DNA from: Catajapyx aquilonaris
Lineage: Eukaryota
Assembly: GCA_000934665.2 (NCBI GenBank)
Contig: KZ538249.1
Location: 1 to 64,000, forward strand
DNA: 64,000 bases
Reading direction: 5' to 3'
Shown: one piece after another, positions 12,901 through 25,220 of the stretch
Layout: every line of letters begins with the position of its first letter
How positions within the stretch are numbered: position 1 is the stretch's first letter
The notes under the pieces: generated by a model
Told to the model about the DNA's origin: nothing
Database searches by the model: none
Seen by the model: the letters and a program-made list of their open reading frames with translations, nothing else
Position numbers and translations under genes: made by a program

Positions 12901-15900
12901 ACAAATCGATTTAAATCAGGCCTGATAACATCCTGTGCTCCACTTTAAAATATGAAACGCCACGTTGGTTGCTACTAGTGGGCACTTCAGTCTCACTTTA
13001 GGCTGCAGGTTAATCTTGGCCACTGGCATAAAAAGAAAAACGGCAATTATTCACAATGGAGCCCACCCAAAGCCCTCATTATTACACCTGCAGATATCAC
13101 AGATATTTCCCTGAGAAATTTGACATGTCAAACATTGTGTATCACAGTACATTGTGCATGGGTATGTAGGTGTGTTGACACCACTTGAATGATATATATA
13201 ATATCAATGCAACCCAACCCACGAAAAATTTAGCGTTCAATGCGTATCAGGCGGCGTGGTCATTTTGTGCGACGTTAAAAAATGTCCACACTGGGCACAC
13301 AATGAAGTAAAAACCACGAGGCACTGATTTAAACAGACTGAACCCGTATGAAATGGATAAATGCGATAAAAACTAAAAGGCCACACGCACAAGCCTTAGT
13401 AGATCGAGAGATGGCGCGGATCTGCGAATGGTCTCATGACAGTTTCTTTGGTGTTGTGCGATAGATTATTCTGACAAAGGGAGTAATGTACTTTTTGATG
13501 CTTCATTCTTTTGAAAAAAGAGGACTCGGTAAACAAAGAACAGGTGAACGTGTTTCAAAACGAGATAAATATGGCTGATATGGAAGATCCTCTGAAGCAG
13601 AGTTGTCAGATATCTGAAGGGGGGGATGGTGGAGGCTGAGGTGAAGAAGGCCATATCATTTCTCTCTGCATTATCACGGGAGAAGGGTGTCAATTTAGGT
13701 GGTTTTGTGGTTACCTTCCGCGTCCCAGTGGGGAGCGACTGCGATCGTAGGAGCGGTAGTAGGATCCTGAGGCCCCATAACTGTCGCCTCCGCCACCACT
13801 GCCTCCTCCGCCACTGCCGCCACCACGGCTTCCATAGCTGTCACGGGTTGAAACATAGTCGTCGTAGCGGCTGCGGTTTGGGCCTCCGCCCGTTCCTCCG
13901 CTGCCTCCTCCACCCCTGGGCCCACCCCGGAACCCACCCCTCCCACCTCCACCTCCCATTCCTCCGCCGCCCCTCCCGCGGAACCCACCCCCACCTCCCC
14001 CGTTGCTCCAGCCACCCCTCCCGCCACCACCTCCCATCCCTCCACCCCTGGGCCCTCCTCGTGGTCCGCCCCTGAAACCACCCCTGAATCCACCCCCCCT
14101 GTCGCCCCCGCCTCCCCTGGGCCCTCCCCGTCCCATGAACCCACCTCCTCCGCCCCCCCTTCCCCGTCCCCGTCCCCTGCCCCTGGATATCTCCACCTTC
14201 AGGGTGCATCCCATGTACTCCTCCCCATTGAGGCGCTCCACGGCAACCTCTGCGTCTTCCTCGCTCTCGAACTCCACGAAGGCGAAACCAGGTGGGTTGA
14301 ATGCCACCCACACGTTGTTCAGCTTGCCATACTTCTCAAACTCCTGCTCCAGGTCCTCCTTCTTCACCACCTCGTTGAGGCCTCCCACATACACGCGGGT
14401 GCCCTGGCCCCGCTCGCCCGTAATCGTCATGCTCTGCAGGGTGGCCATCCGGAGTTGACAGAAGAGAAAGAATGGAGGAATGGGGGGGTTGCAGATGTAG
14501 ATTTCGTATCCCCGGCCAAACGGGCAGTGACATGGAGGGTTCGACAAACAACTCTACCGGTGCACTTGTTCGGCATGTAGGTTAATTTGTATAATTGATG
14601 TTAATGGCCACAATATGTTACGAAAATTTTGTGTGCTGCTACATTTTCTCAACCAGTGCCCACTATGCACTCCACCAGGAAAATATTTAAAGTGTGGGCC
14701 AAACTGGCACACCACCAGTTAAAATTATGCTCAACTTCCTTTCCATTAGGGTGTAGCTTGGCCTTCACATGAAAATCAAGGCAGACGAGGCAGTTGACAA
14801 TGGGTTCACCTCCAAACGAAATTTGTAATTAACCCACCAGCGTCTTAAGATTTCAACCAAAAATGGTCAACCAGAAAAATGCTTACTGGCCTTGGATCCA
14901 CCCATCTAACCAACTCAAGCTGTGCTCAGGAAGGCTATTGTTTGATCAGTTTGGCAAAACTTATGAACAGCATCCAAAGAAACCCAGAAATTCATGGAGT
15001 CTGAGGCCCATTTTCTGGAACAGTGGTTCAAATGTAAACCCTGTTCAAAGCCAGTTTAATGAGGATTAAATCCAAGTTCAGAGAGAATTAAACCAGCCTT
15101 GAACTGGGTTTACATTTGAACCACTGTTCGAGAAAACAGGCCTTCTTATTTGGCTGGCAGCCAATGTGGCAACAAATCGTGGAAAACGTGGCCCAAAAAT
15201 TTTTGTAATGATTTCTAGTCCTGCATGTAAACAGGGCCGATATTGCACTGGACTAAGGACAACGGGACGTAGTTACTTCAAATGGCATGCACATGTGGGT
15301 AGTGTATCGACAATGTTATCACAATCAGGTCAGTAACACCCCATCACTAGGATTGACCTCACAAAAAAAAGATCCCCCAAGGTCAGCCTTTACCCAACCA
15401 CTCCCCAAACATTTCCCCAACCCAAGTTGTAAAAATATTTGGAGCATCTATTAATACCCAGAACTGCTGCCCACTACAGCTTGTTCCGTTGCAGGTAAAG
15501 CCCTAGCGGCAAAAATGTTATGTACTGAAGTTTCACCCAGATAATTTTTCTGGAACAAATCACTACCAGAACTGCTGTAATGCCCATTACGGCATGTTCC
15601 ATTGCATTCAATGCCCAAAGTGGCTGCTTGCAAGTGTTCCTTACTGAAGAATTACCTAGAACATTTTTTCCCCCGCAGAACAAATGACTTGTGCATTATC
15701 CCAACTACTAATGCCAGAACTGCTGCCCATTACGGCATGTTCCATTGCAGGTAATGGACAAATGTCTGCTCAAAAAATGTTATTCATACCCAACCTGCTG
15801 CAAAACCCATTACAGCATGTTCCATTGCAGGTAAAGCCCGAGTGACAAAACAGTACACTGTAAACTGCAAAACATGAAAAGAGCATCGGTGGCGACTGTC

Positions 15901-16800
15901 TCATGGAACATATCAAATGGATTTTTAAAAAAGCATCACAAGAGCATTAAAAATTGATGTTCCATGAGTGTCACCAGCAATGCTCTTTTCATGTTTTGCG
16001 GTTTACAGCGTACTGATCCCCCCCCCCCCCCCACCCACNCCCCAAAGAATACTTATCCACCATCCTGCCGTCAGATGTAAGAAGACCGTAACTCAAAAAC
16101 TAGTAAGGGCGAAAGTCGCATGCACGCCCGGCACTAATCCCCTCTGAGCCAGGGTGGATTAGTGCACGGCATGCATGCGACTTTCGCCCGTACCAGTTTT
16201 TGAGTTACGTTCTTCTTACAACTGACGGCAGCATCTCAGCTATGAATACCAGAACTGGTGCCCATTCTATGTTCCATTGCAGGGCGCATGTGGCAAAAAC
16301 GTTCCGTCGTGAACAAGTTTCAACAGGAACATATTTTAATGGCTGGACTGCTGCAATGCCCATTCTGCTGCATGTAAATCGAAAGTTGCAAATATGTTCC
16401 GTACTGAACAAGTTTCACCGGTAACATTCCCCCCTCCCCATAACAATTTACGCACTACCCAAGCTATTAATACCAGAACTGCTGCCCATTACGTTGCACG
16501 TAAGCGGCTGCCCCAAAAAATGGTCTGTACTGAGCAAGTCCTTTTTTTCCCCCCTGAACATAATTGTGCCATTAACATGTTTACACCCTTACGATTTGGC
16601 ACCCATCCAAATACCCTACACAAAGAGCAAACAAAGAGTAAATCATACATTGTGGGGGGGCCCCACCCTTTTGTGCCGGCCGGCTTCCCCCACCCCACCC
16701 CACCCATGCCACCCAACAACCCGACCCAAACCCTCCCCCAAATCCATATAGTAATATACCCTTTTTTTTCCATATATTAAACTGCACCAAACATTACCAT
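9984..16800 (-). CDS. Rsf1: Rsf1-like RRM + RGG/GRS-rich splicing regulator; predicted coding exons 16800-16798 (ATG only), 14433-13715, 10744-10592 (candidate cassette), 10020-9984
   Basis: The RRM GTRVYVGGL..KKEDLEQEFEKYGKLNNVWVAFNPPGFAFVEF..LNGEEYMGCTLKVEISRGR matches arthropod Rsf1 and is followed by RGG repeats and RSRSP. Downstream phase-2 exons continue the frame (..SARDYGAKPAYGGPRDSY..; ..SMRGPQPSQPRY*). The main exon is certain; the flanking exons are inferred from splice signals. Confidence 0.85.
15004..15143. mobile_element. MITE-like inverted repeat in Rsf1 intron
   Basis: aggcccattttctggaacagtggttcaaatgtaaacc pairs with ggtttacatttgaaccactgttcgagaaaacaggcct. Confidence 0.7.
15851..16015. 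mobile_element. MITE-like inverted repeat (CACTGTAAA-type end)
   Basis: cagtacactgtaaactgcaaaacatgaaaagagcat pairs with atgctcttttcatgttttgcggtttacagcgtactg. Confidence 0.7.
16065..16231. mobile_element. Palindromic MITE-like element, family A
   Basis: ctgccgtcagatgtaagaagaccgtaactcaaaaactagtaagggcgaaagtcgcatgca pairs with tgcatgcgactttcgcccgtaccagtttttgagttacgttcttcttacaactgacggcag. The core is shared with 2380-2468. Confidence 0.75.
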
Positions 16801-17135
16801 CTCTCTTGTTCGAACAGCGGTCTCGTCGCCCCCCACTTTTGACTCTTACTTATCTTCCCCCCCTCAAATCTCTCTCACACCCCGAACCTCGCTCCTCACC
16901 TACGAGATCCTTCACTCACAGGTCAGCAAAATAAAATGAACTTATCAAAAAATTGAAGAACTGAGGCTCGAAAAGGAGGGGAGAAGAAAAGTTCTCTCTT
17001 TTTTTACGGTGTGTGTGTGCGAACAACCCGGGGCAAGTAGAACTAAGACCACTTTAGAACACTACGGGAGCCGGACTGACGCTGCATCCGGGGATTCAAG
17101 GGAAGGGGGGAGGGGGTGGCATGGAAGGCGGTGGN

Positions 17136-17182
<47 letters not shown>

Positions 17183-17639
17183 AAGATCAATCACCCGCCG
17201 GGTTGCCAAATGGTGCGAACTAATATATTAGTCCGGCACGCCCCACCATTGAACTGAACCTAATACCGATAGCTGCTAACGTGGGTAGCCATGACAGAGT
17301 GGCAACACTGGAATGTTCGGGGTCCTCCGCTGCTAGGACACGGGCCAGCTCCTCGACGCCCGGCTTCTATTGGCGTAAATAATTGCGCGTTTTTGTTGAC
17401 GGTAGGTTGTTGGATTGACGCTCATTTTATTTGTAAGGGATTAATCGTTTTTTAATTAATTTAATTGTGTCCGGCGTTTTTTTGCAGGACTTAAGGGCCG
17501 ACCAACAGCGCCTCTTGCGGAGATCGGATGCGGTTCGAGGAAGGGAGGGAGATTTGAAGTTGGGAGCAGCACGTTCTGGAAAGGTGGAGCCTCGTTCGAT
17601 GCCACGGCGACAATAAAGTCTGTACTAATAATAAGGTCG

Positions 17640-18630
17640 GAATTTGATAAATAATATAGTATAAATACACACGAATACATCTGTAATTAATCCTGTTATT
17701 TATATTATTTACTAATAATAAATACAAATTATACTACAAGTAATTAATATAAATTATAATATAAGTGAAATAATACATGATGAATAAATAACACATGTAA
17801 AAATATAATGCAACTAGGATAAAAATAAATATTACAGACAATACATAATAATACATAAAAATAGAAAGAATTAATATGTAAATAATTCATATGAATAATG
17901 TAAGAGAAAAGTAATTATAACATAGGTAAAATATAATGACATATAAATAAATATTACAGATAATACATATGTATAAATGAATAAAATAAGAAAATGCAAA
18001 AATAACATAATGTGAATAAATAATTAATACATAAATACGAATACATAATATATAATAAATTATACGAATACATTTTATATGAATAAATAATAAATAAATT
18101 ATACGAATACATTTTATATGAATAAATAATAAATAAATTATACGAATACATTTTATATGAATAAATAATAAATAAATTATACGAATACATTTTATATGAA
18201 TAAATAATAAATAAATTATACGAATAAATAATATATAAATTATAAATTATACGAATAAATAATACATAAATTATAAATTATACGAATAAATAATATATTA
18301 ATTATAAATAATACGAATAATATATTAATTATAAATAATACGAATAAATAATAAATAAATTATACGAATAAATACTAAATAAATTACATGAATAAATATT
18401 AAATGAGTAATGTGAATAAAAATAATGAGTAATATGAATAAAAATAATGAGTAATATGAATAAAAATAATGAGTAATATGAATAAAAATAATGAGTAATA
18501 TGAATAATACATAATACATAAACAATATGTATAAATAATAAATAGCTACATAAGATAAATTAATCATAAATAGGGATGTAAATAAAAGTTAAACAATGAA
18601 TTAATGAATTAATTTAATAAAACATTTAAT
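17640..18630. repeat. Extremely AT-rich low-complexity tract with minisatellites
   Basis: A 39-nt unit aaattatacgaatacattttatatgaataaataataaat occurs ~4 times (18057-18225) and a ~22-nt unit aaaataatgagtaatatgaata ~4 times (18418-18505). Confidence 0.9.
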
Positions 18631-18840
18631 AGCGTACAAAAAGCATCAGTTTGAATATCATTGGGTAAATGCATGTAATTACGTTATTAACGCATAATGC
18701 ATTAGAAAATATACTGCGCTTGATAGTTGCAATAGGAACACAACTTGATTTATTTACAATTGATTTACAACTGACTTGTCTAATGTCATGCAGGTTTTTT
18801 TACCCTCCTGGATAGTAGAGTCCCAAAGCACGCTTGTAGG

Positions 18841-21800
18841 ATGGCAAATAATAATAATTCGGCAAACAGTCCACCGACTGCAGGCAACCAGCCGCCACAA
18901 CACAAGCGTGAATTGCCCCTGATCCTAGTCCCGTTCGGTAGTGATGGTGCTAATTTGCCTGAGAAAGATGCTTTGAACTTGGATGAGACGGTTGAGAATC
19001 ACTTGTACAGTGGGCTCAAGTCCATGAAAGGCTTGAAGTTGGGGAAGAACACCACGCGGCTTGTGATCGCTGGTCAGCCTTTGAACACGGTGGAAGGTTT
19101 GGACACCATGCCACAGTTGTATGAACTGTGGATCAGCGAGTCCGAGCTGAAAGAAGGACCTAATCTGAGGGCCGTGCCATCACTGATATCTCTGACTCTC
19201 ACAGGAAACCAAATAAAAAAAATGCAACCACTCAGTTACCTGCCACAACTGACACTCATCAGGATGGAAAAAAATCAGATTACATCTTTCAGGGTATGTT
19301 TCACTTATTACTGCAGTTACTCATTGTGGTGAAACATAATTTTTCCCATCCAACTGCAGGATTTTGGCACCCTTCCATCTCTGAAGAGGCTTTACGTAGA
19401 TGGCAACTGCATCCACCACCTGTCGGACTTGCGCTTTCAGTTCCCTCGCCTGGAGGTACTCAGCCTGAGCGGGAATCCCATCACCTCTTTAAAGGAACTG
19501 TCCCGTCTGGGCACCCTCCCATGCCTGAAGGAAGTCAATGTGGCGCCAGGCCCCTGTGGGGAATGCCCCGTGTTCCATTCCGTCCTCTTAAATCACTACA
19601 TGACCTACCACCTCCCAAGTCTGGAAAGGATTGGCAATGGCATGGACGTTGGCCCTGAGGAAAAGAAGGAGGCGATTGACTTTCTGACCCAGCGGAAGCT
19701 GATCTACCAGGCGGAGGCGCAGGACGTTTGGAAGAAGCAGGCCTTAGCAGAGCGGACCACAATAACCGAGCATCACCGAAGAATCAACGCTCTTCGGGAG
19801 AGGCTCTACCAGCTCATGGCAGCTCAAGTCAGGATGAGGGACGGATCTAGGATGAAGAGCAAGGAAGATGTGCGTAACTGGTACCTCAAGGTGCAGGCTA
19901 GGATTGATCGCATCTGCAAGAAGGTGGCCTCTTTCGAGGAGGAGCGGATGGTGTCCACAATCAATCTCAAGGCTGAGGCGCAGGTAGGTGCAGGGAAAGT
20001 CTTCATCATATCCAAGTTTCACTGTAATGCACATAAAGTTTAATGTGTGACACATGTTGCAGTCAATATATTTCGAAGAAGCTAATGGAGTTGAATGGTG
20101 TGTGTATTTTAAAATGTAACTGTTTTAAATCCAACAGCTTAAAATACAATACCTAAACATGGAGCTTGAGAATGTCGGGAATGTGGGTCTGGAGAAATTG
20201 CTTCCTGGCAGCAACCCTTATCACCATTGCTCTGCGCTGATGGCAGAGTTTTTTTGTCATCAAGAATACATGTATGCCACGCACGTACTTGTCACAAGTT
20301 CCTAGGAGAAAATGTCAGTTCACTCACGGACAATTACATTCCAACATTGTAACCCGCAGGAAAATGGGAATCACCGGCTACAACATCCTAGAAATCAGCG
20401 GAGTGAAGAACGCCGTCCTGAATAAAGTGTTTGAATCAAGGAAAATGGATCAGGCGTTGGTCGGCATGGGAGACTACAAGCTCAATCACGTTGAGATTGG
20501 ATACGCTTTGCTCGTTCCTCCTGCAGAGTATGACTCTAGGTATACATTACTCAACCACTTAGCTGTGTGAAAGTGTACATCTGCAATGATTCCTCTAAAC
20601 CTAATACTCCCTCCGCCCCAGCTACCTGTCACTGTACACGAGTAATGCAGAGCGAGAGAAGGACTGTGTGTGGCCTCCGATGTGGGAGGACGAGCTGACT
20701 TGGGTCCTCCGGCCCACCGAACACGGCTTCTACCCACGCACTGAGAAGTACCCCGCCCCATCCTGGCTCTTCACAGATTGCCTTGCCCATGCGGACTGGC
20801 GCTGGGTGAAGGACTGGCGCCAGTATCAAGCATCCAAGGAGCATGCCAGGACTACTGCAGCCAGCTTGCTGGATGGTGGCGTGGGGCTGTCGGTCATGCT
20901 GAGGAGAAGGGTGGCACTGCTGGTCAAGATCATCATCAACGATATGGCCCCCTGCAACTTAATGGGTGCGTGGGGACACAGCGACGATGTGTACGTCCAA
21001 GATAGGCGAAAGCCGTCCGCACAGAGTTCGCAAGACTCGCAAGAAGGAGTCGAGGACGGAGAGAAAGAGGAAGAGGATGCGGATTGGAGCTCCATGTACC
21101 GGAATAACTGCGGGCATTGGAAACTCAGGAAAGGTTGCGTTTTCAGTGCCGTGCCGGCTTACCTTGTGCGCTATGAGTACACAGGGTCTGTAAGTGAACC
21201 ATCAACAAAAGCACTCTTAGACAGCGATTATATGCGAGCAATTTGCTCAGCAATGAGCATCAGTGAGTGACGAAACTAATAGTTTGCGGCAAAATAAGTA
21301 ACAATCATGGTAACAATTTATGTTCGCTCCAAACAATAGGTTTCGTTGCTCAGCGATGCTCATCGTTGAGTGAATTGCTCACATGTAAGCATGGCCACAT
21401 ACTTGTAAAGCATGTCCATGATATATTTTAAAGCATTTTATACAACGAAATTTCAAGGCATATTACAGTTATTGTTGTTCAAGCCCACATTTCAACTCGC
21501 ATTGTTGAACTGTTTCAGACGCAGACATTGCCAGCCATATTGCCATCCAATGACGATGAACTTCTTCAGTTTTCCATCACTTACGGTGACAAGCAGAAGA
21601 AAGAGTCGATCAAGTTTGAGATTTTCAGGTACTGACGCAGGATCTCATGCCATTTTTAGAGAAAAACATTAATGCAACAATGCCCTCTTTTGTTCCAAAC
21701 CAAATGAAAAAAAGGAAGCACTTCTCAAGCAAACTGACGGAGTTGGTGCTGTCTGGTCTTGGCTTCAACGAGATGGGTCCTTATCTGTGCCAAGTGGTCG

Positions 21801-24718
21801 GCAGCATGCCGAATCTCAGGTTCCTGGATCTCTCTTACAATGAGCTCACATGTCTGGCCGAGTTCCCCAGACTGGAGAATTTGGAGCGTCTGAAGCTCAC
21901 CGCCAACCACTTCACCACCTTGTGTGGCATGACTGTAAGTTTAATTCAGGATAACCCTACTGTCTTCATGAACGTAAGAGCGACCCACATGCTCTTGAAT
22001 TGAGTGATCTCAAAGCAACATTTTAAATAAACATAACTCACTTAAATGTTTGAAATTACTACAGGTCCAACCATCCCTGACCATGTTGGATGTGGACTGG
22101 AATTTCATAACCTGCATGGCGCTTGCAGGGCGTCATATAGCCAGTTTCGCCCCAAGCGTGAGGCAAGTGAGACTGGCCCACAACCCGATTCAGGATATCA
22201 CCCACCCGGACCTTCAGATCTTGTATCTGTCGACCAGCTTGCCTCATTTGATGAAAATTGATGGCTTCAGTATTCAGTCCCAGTTCATCCATACCGAGGC
22301 GTACCTTTGTCCCAAGAGGAGGGATAGGATGATTCAGGATTTGCTGCCTCTCAGGATGAAGCCAGGTCAGTTCCTGTAACGTGGAGGGGGCATTTTAATA
22401 CTCAGCTTTCATCACATGTAGGGTGCCCCGTCTCCTACCATTCCGAGGATCATCCGATGAGCCTGTCGCTCCTGTGTGGGGCACAGAGAGCTACGTATTA
22501 CTGCATTAGCAATGGAATCTCGAATATTGAATATCCCACGTCTGTGTGCCTGGACTGCCAGCGCCTGATGGCATTGCCCTTAGGGAACTCCATGGCCAGC
22601 GTCAAGTGGTTATCCGCCTGCCGCAACTGCCTCAGCTCAGAAATATTGCGTGGATTACCGAAGATTTGCCCGCAGTTGGAGGTGCAGTGGGGTGGCATCC
22701 TTTTAAAAAATGTTCAATTTGCTACACGCTTGTCCTTGTAGGAACTGAGCCTGTCGTGGAATATTATCGACTCATTGAGCTTCGTATCAGGCCTCATAAA
22801 TCTGGTGTCACTAGACCTCAAGTTCAACCTGCTACTCAAACTAGACTCACTGATGACATCCACCGTACCTCTGCTACCTTCGCTCAAAGTAGGTGGTGCA
22901 TACCATTAATTACTGCAAAAATGCCCATGTCCAAACAGGTCTTTATGCCACACTACATTCCACAATCTCATTTTCCATGAAGTACCTGGACGTGTCAAAC
23001 AACGTGCTGCAATCCCTCACGGGCCTAAGCCACTGCCCATCCCTCCGAGAATTGTACGCAAGCAACAACCACTTGTCAGAACTTCCCCCACTGCTGGCTG
23101 CAATGCACATGTGCAGCAAGCTGGAAATTCTGGACCTGTCAGGCAATGGGGTGACCACCATGGTCCGTTACCGCATCCGGATGATCTACCACCTCAGAAG
23201 CCTCCGCCTTCTAGACGGGAAAAGTGTGGAGGACTCAGCCTTGGCTCAGGCAAAGAAGGACCTTGGAGGCAGGCTGGACGTCACTATGCTTGCAGTCACA
23301 ATTGGCGAAAGAGACAAGGTTTGAATACAAAATGTTTCAAAATCATGGGGGCTAACAGCCGCAAGTAAACTGAGCCGCTTCAAAAACCTGGTCTATGACC
23401 TGCACAGCTATTACCTGTACATTTTCCCAAGCTAAATCACACTGACTTCCCATTGCCTTCCAATCCTCTCTAGCGTGCAATACTGAAGGAGAACCTGCAT
23501 CTCCCGATGTTTGCACACGTGACAAAACTGAACCTGCCCGACAGCGGCCTGTACCACATAGAAGTGGAGGCGATGGCCCAGCTGTCCAACCTGCGCACCA
23601 TGGACCTGAGTCGCAACTTCCTAACCTCTTTCTGGCAGCTGTGCGCTTTGCCCTCCCTCAGGAAGCTCAACCTGACTGCCAACAGGCTGGATGGGATTGG
23701 CACGGAAGTCCTGAGGTGCCTATTATGCCAGGTGGCCGCCAGCAGCACTTCGGGTCGGAAGAGCAAGTGTCTGCACCAGCCCTTCGCCAAGCTGCAGGTG
23801 CTGCTGCTTGGGCGGAACCTGATCACCTCCCTCAAATCAGTCTGCCTGCACATGTTCCCGAGAGTTACTGTGCTCTTCCTCGAAGGGAATTCTATCAATT
23901 CGGTGGAAGGTAATGATGGTCAGAGAGTACATGGTTACTTCTCGGAGAGCTTTGTAAATGAGAATACAGTATAAAACTTGATATAACACTCTTCAAGGGA
24001 CCCCCCCAAAAGTAACGTTATACGGTGTAAAATTTACCTATTGGAAATGATCCAGGGACCGGAAAAAAGGGGAATTAAAAGAGGGAAAGGGTTACATGAA
24101 GGGAGTGTTACATCGAGGTTTTACTGTATTTGTATGCACATTGGTGTTTTTCAAATATATAATGATCCAACTCCCTCCCAATTACCTTTTAATTACAGGC
24201 GCAGGCGACCTTATTTACTTGGAGAAACTCATCCTGGATAACAACTACTTAGAATCCCTTCCCAACTACTTCTTGGCCTCTTCCGTCAAGCTGCAATACC
24301 TATTCCTGGAGGATAACAGGTTCCGCAGCATTCCACGTGTCACTCACCTTCACGCTCTCAGATATCTCTTCCTTGCATGCAACCGAATCAAGGTAAAGTT
24401 GCCATGGATTCAATAGTTGAAGGAGATTTTTTTTGACACTTCTTGTTATGTCAGGACGTGAAGCAGATTCGTAAACTGGAGGGCACTTCACTCATTGAGC
24501 TGTCCATGTCTGGGAATCCAATTGCCAGGAATTGTGGGCACGAGTTATTCTGCATAGGATTCTGCCCGTCCCTCAAGAAACTTGATGGCTGTGAAGTGAC
24601 TGCTGAGAAGAGAGAAAGCTTGAAGTCAGGTGCGGTACCACGTAAAGGGTCTGCACTCAAAAGCTTGAAATGAGCTCATTTACCTTCCCTGATGCCTATA
24701 CTCGCAGAGATGGAATAA
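18841..24718 (+). CDS. Leucine-rich repeat protein, LRRC9-like (multi-exon, divergent; exon boundaries and C-terminus approximate)
   Basis: N-terminal LRRs (LYELWISESEL, LSLSGNPITSLKELSRLGTLPCL), then a coiled coil, then a central non-LRR region (ITGYNILEISGVKNAVLNKVFE..., AVPAYLVRYEY) resembling the LRRC9 middle domain, then many C-terminal LRRs with LRRcap motifs (YRIRMIYHLRSLRLLDG; CPSLKKLDGCEV). The segments are separated by short GT-AG introns. Confidence 0.7.
21222..21396. mobile_element. MITE-like inverted repeat in LRRC9-like intron (family B)
   Basis: tatgcgagcaatttgctcagcaatgagcatcagtgagtgacgaaac pairs with gtttcgttgctcagcgatgctcatcgttgagtgaattgctcacatgta. Confidence 0.65.
23967..24126. 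mobile_element. Tc1/mariner-pogo-type MITE (family C), flanked by TA
   Basis: ta|cagtataaaacttgatataacactc...gagtgttacatcgaggttttactg|ta. The internal cttcaaggg is shared with the copy at 31653. Confidence 0.6.
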
Positions 24719-25220
24719 ACCGTCACAGAAAACGTTGCTAGTATTCAAAACAGGTACGGAGGAGGAAGAAAACATTACTCGCAACCATTTTCAGCACAAT
24801 CACACGTTATTGAAACCAACTTTTACATTGGAATGAAATTTCATGTGCAACAATAAATAGTACATGTGTATCACAGAAGAGTTAAAATTTGGGACAAACC
24901 TAGCCCAGGTAAATGACGTGGCATTCTTCTGGTTGTCTTAAATATGCAGTGTTTCTTTGATTCAAAATGCGATACACTAAGACAAAGGAGAATATCAGTT
25001 GCCACTAAAATATTACAGTTCTGATGGCTGTGGCTATTTAGTAGATTCATTATCTCACTGAGGTGACTCGGTCTGTATTAGTCGATGCAGAAACTAATAT
25101 ATCTGTAAAAAATGTAAAATTATGTTATAACGCACATTTTAATTTCCTAAGGATTTGCAGAATACGAACCTCAAATTTGCTGGATAACCCTGATGCTTCA
25201 AAAATATTACGTGCATAGTT

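Larger units (their letters stand above)
15453..16560. repeat. Degenerate tandem repeat (~75-145 nt unit, ~7 copies) in Rsf1 intron 1, interrupted by two hairpin elements
   Basis: Core ataccagaactgctgcccattacggcatgttccattgcaggtaaa appears at ~15454, 15564, 15711, 15787, 16245, 16346 and 16469, often followed by gt(a/t)..tactgaa(c)aagtttcac. Confidence 0.75.

Noticed and set aside
13626..14458. Pro-rich and His-rich plus-strand ORFs
   Set aside because: They are antisense shadows of the Gly/Arg-rich Rsf1 exon.
15453..16560. CRISPR-like repeat-spacer appearance
   Set aside because: It lies in a eukaryotic intron, the repeats are degenerate, the linkers are partly homologous to each other, and no cas genes are present.
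17135..17181. Long poly-G tracts as G-quadruplex elements (also 47749-47771 and 52713-52740)
   Set aside because: They are adjacent to N bases, so their lengths are probably unreliable sequencing or assembly artefacts.
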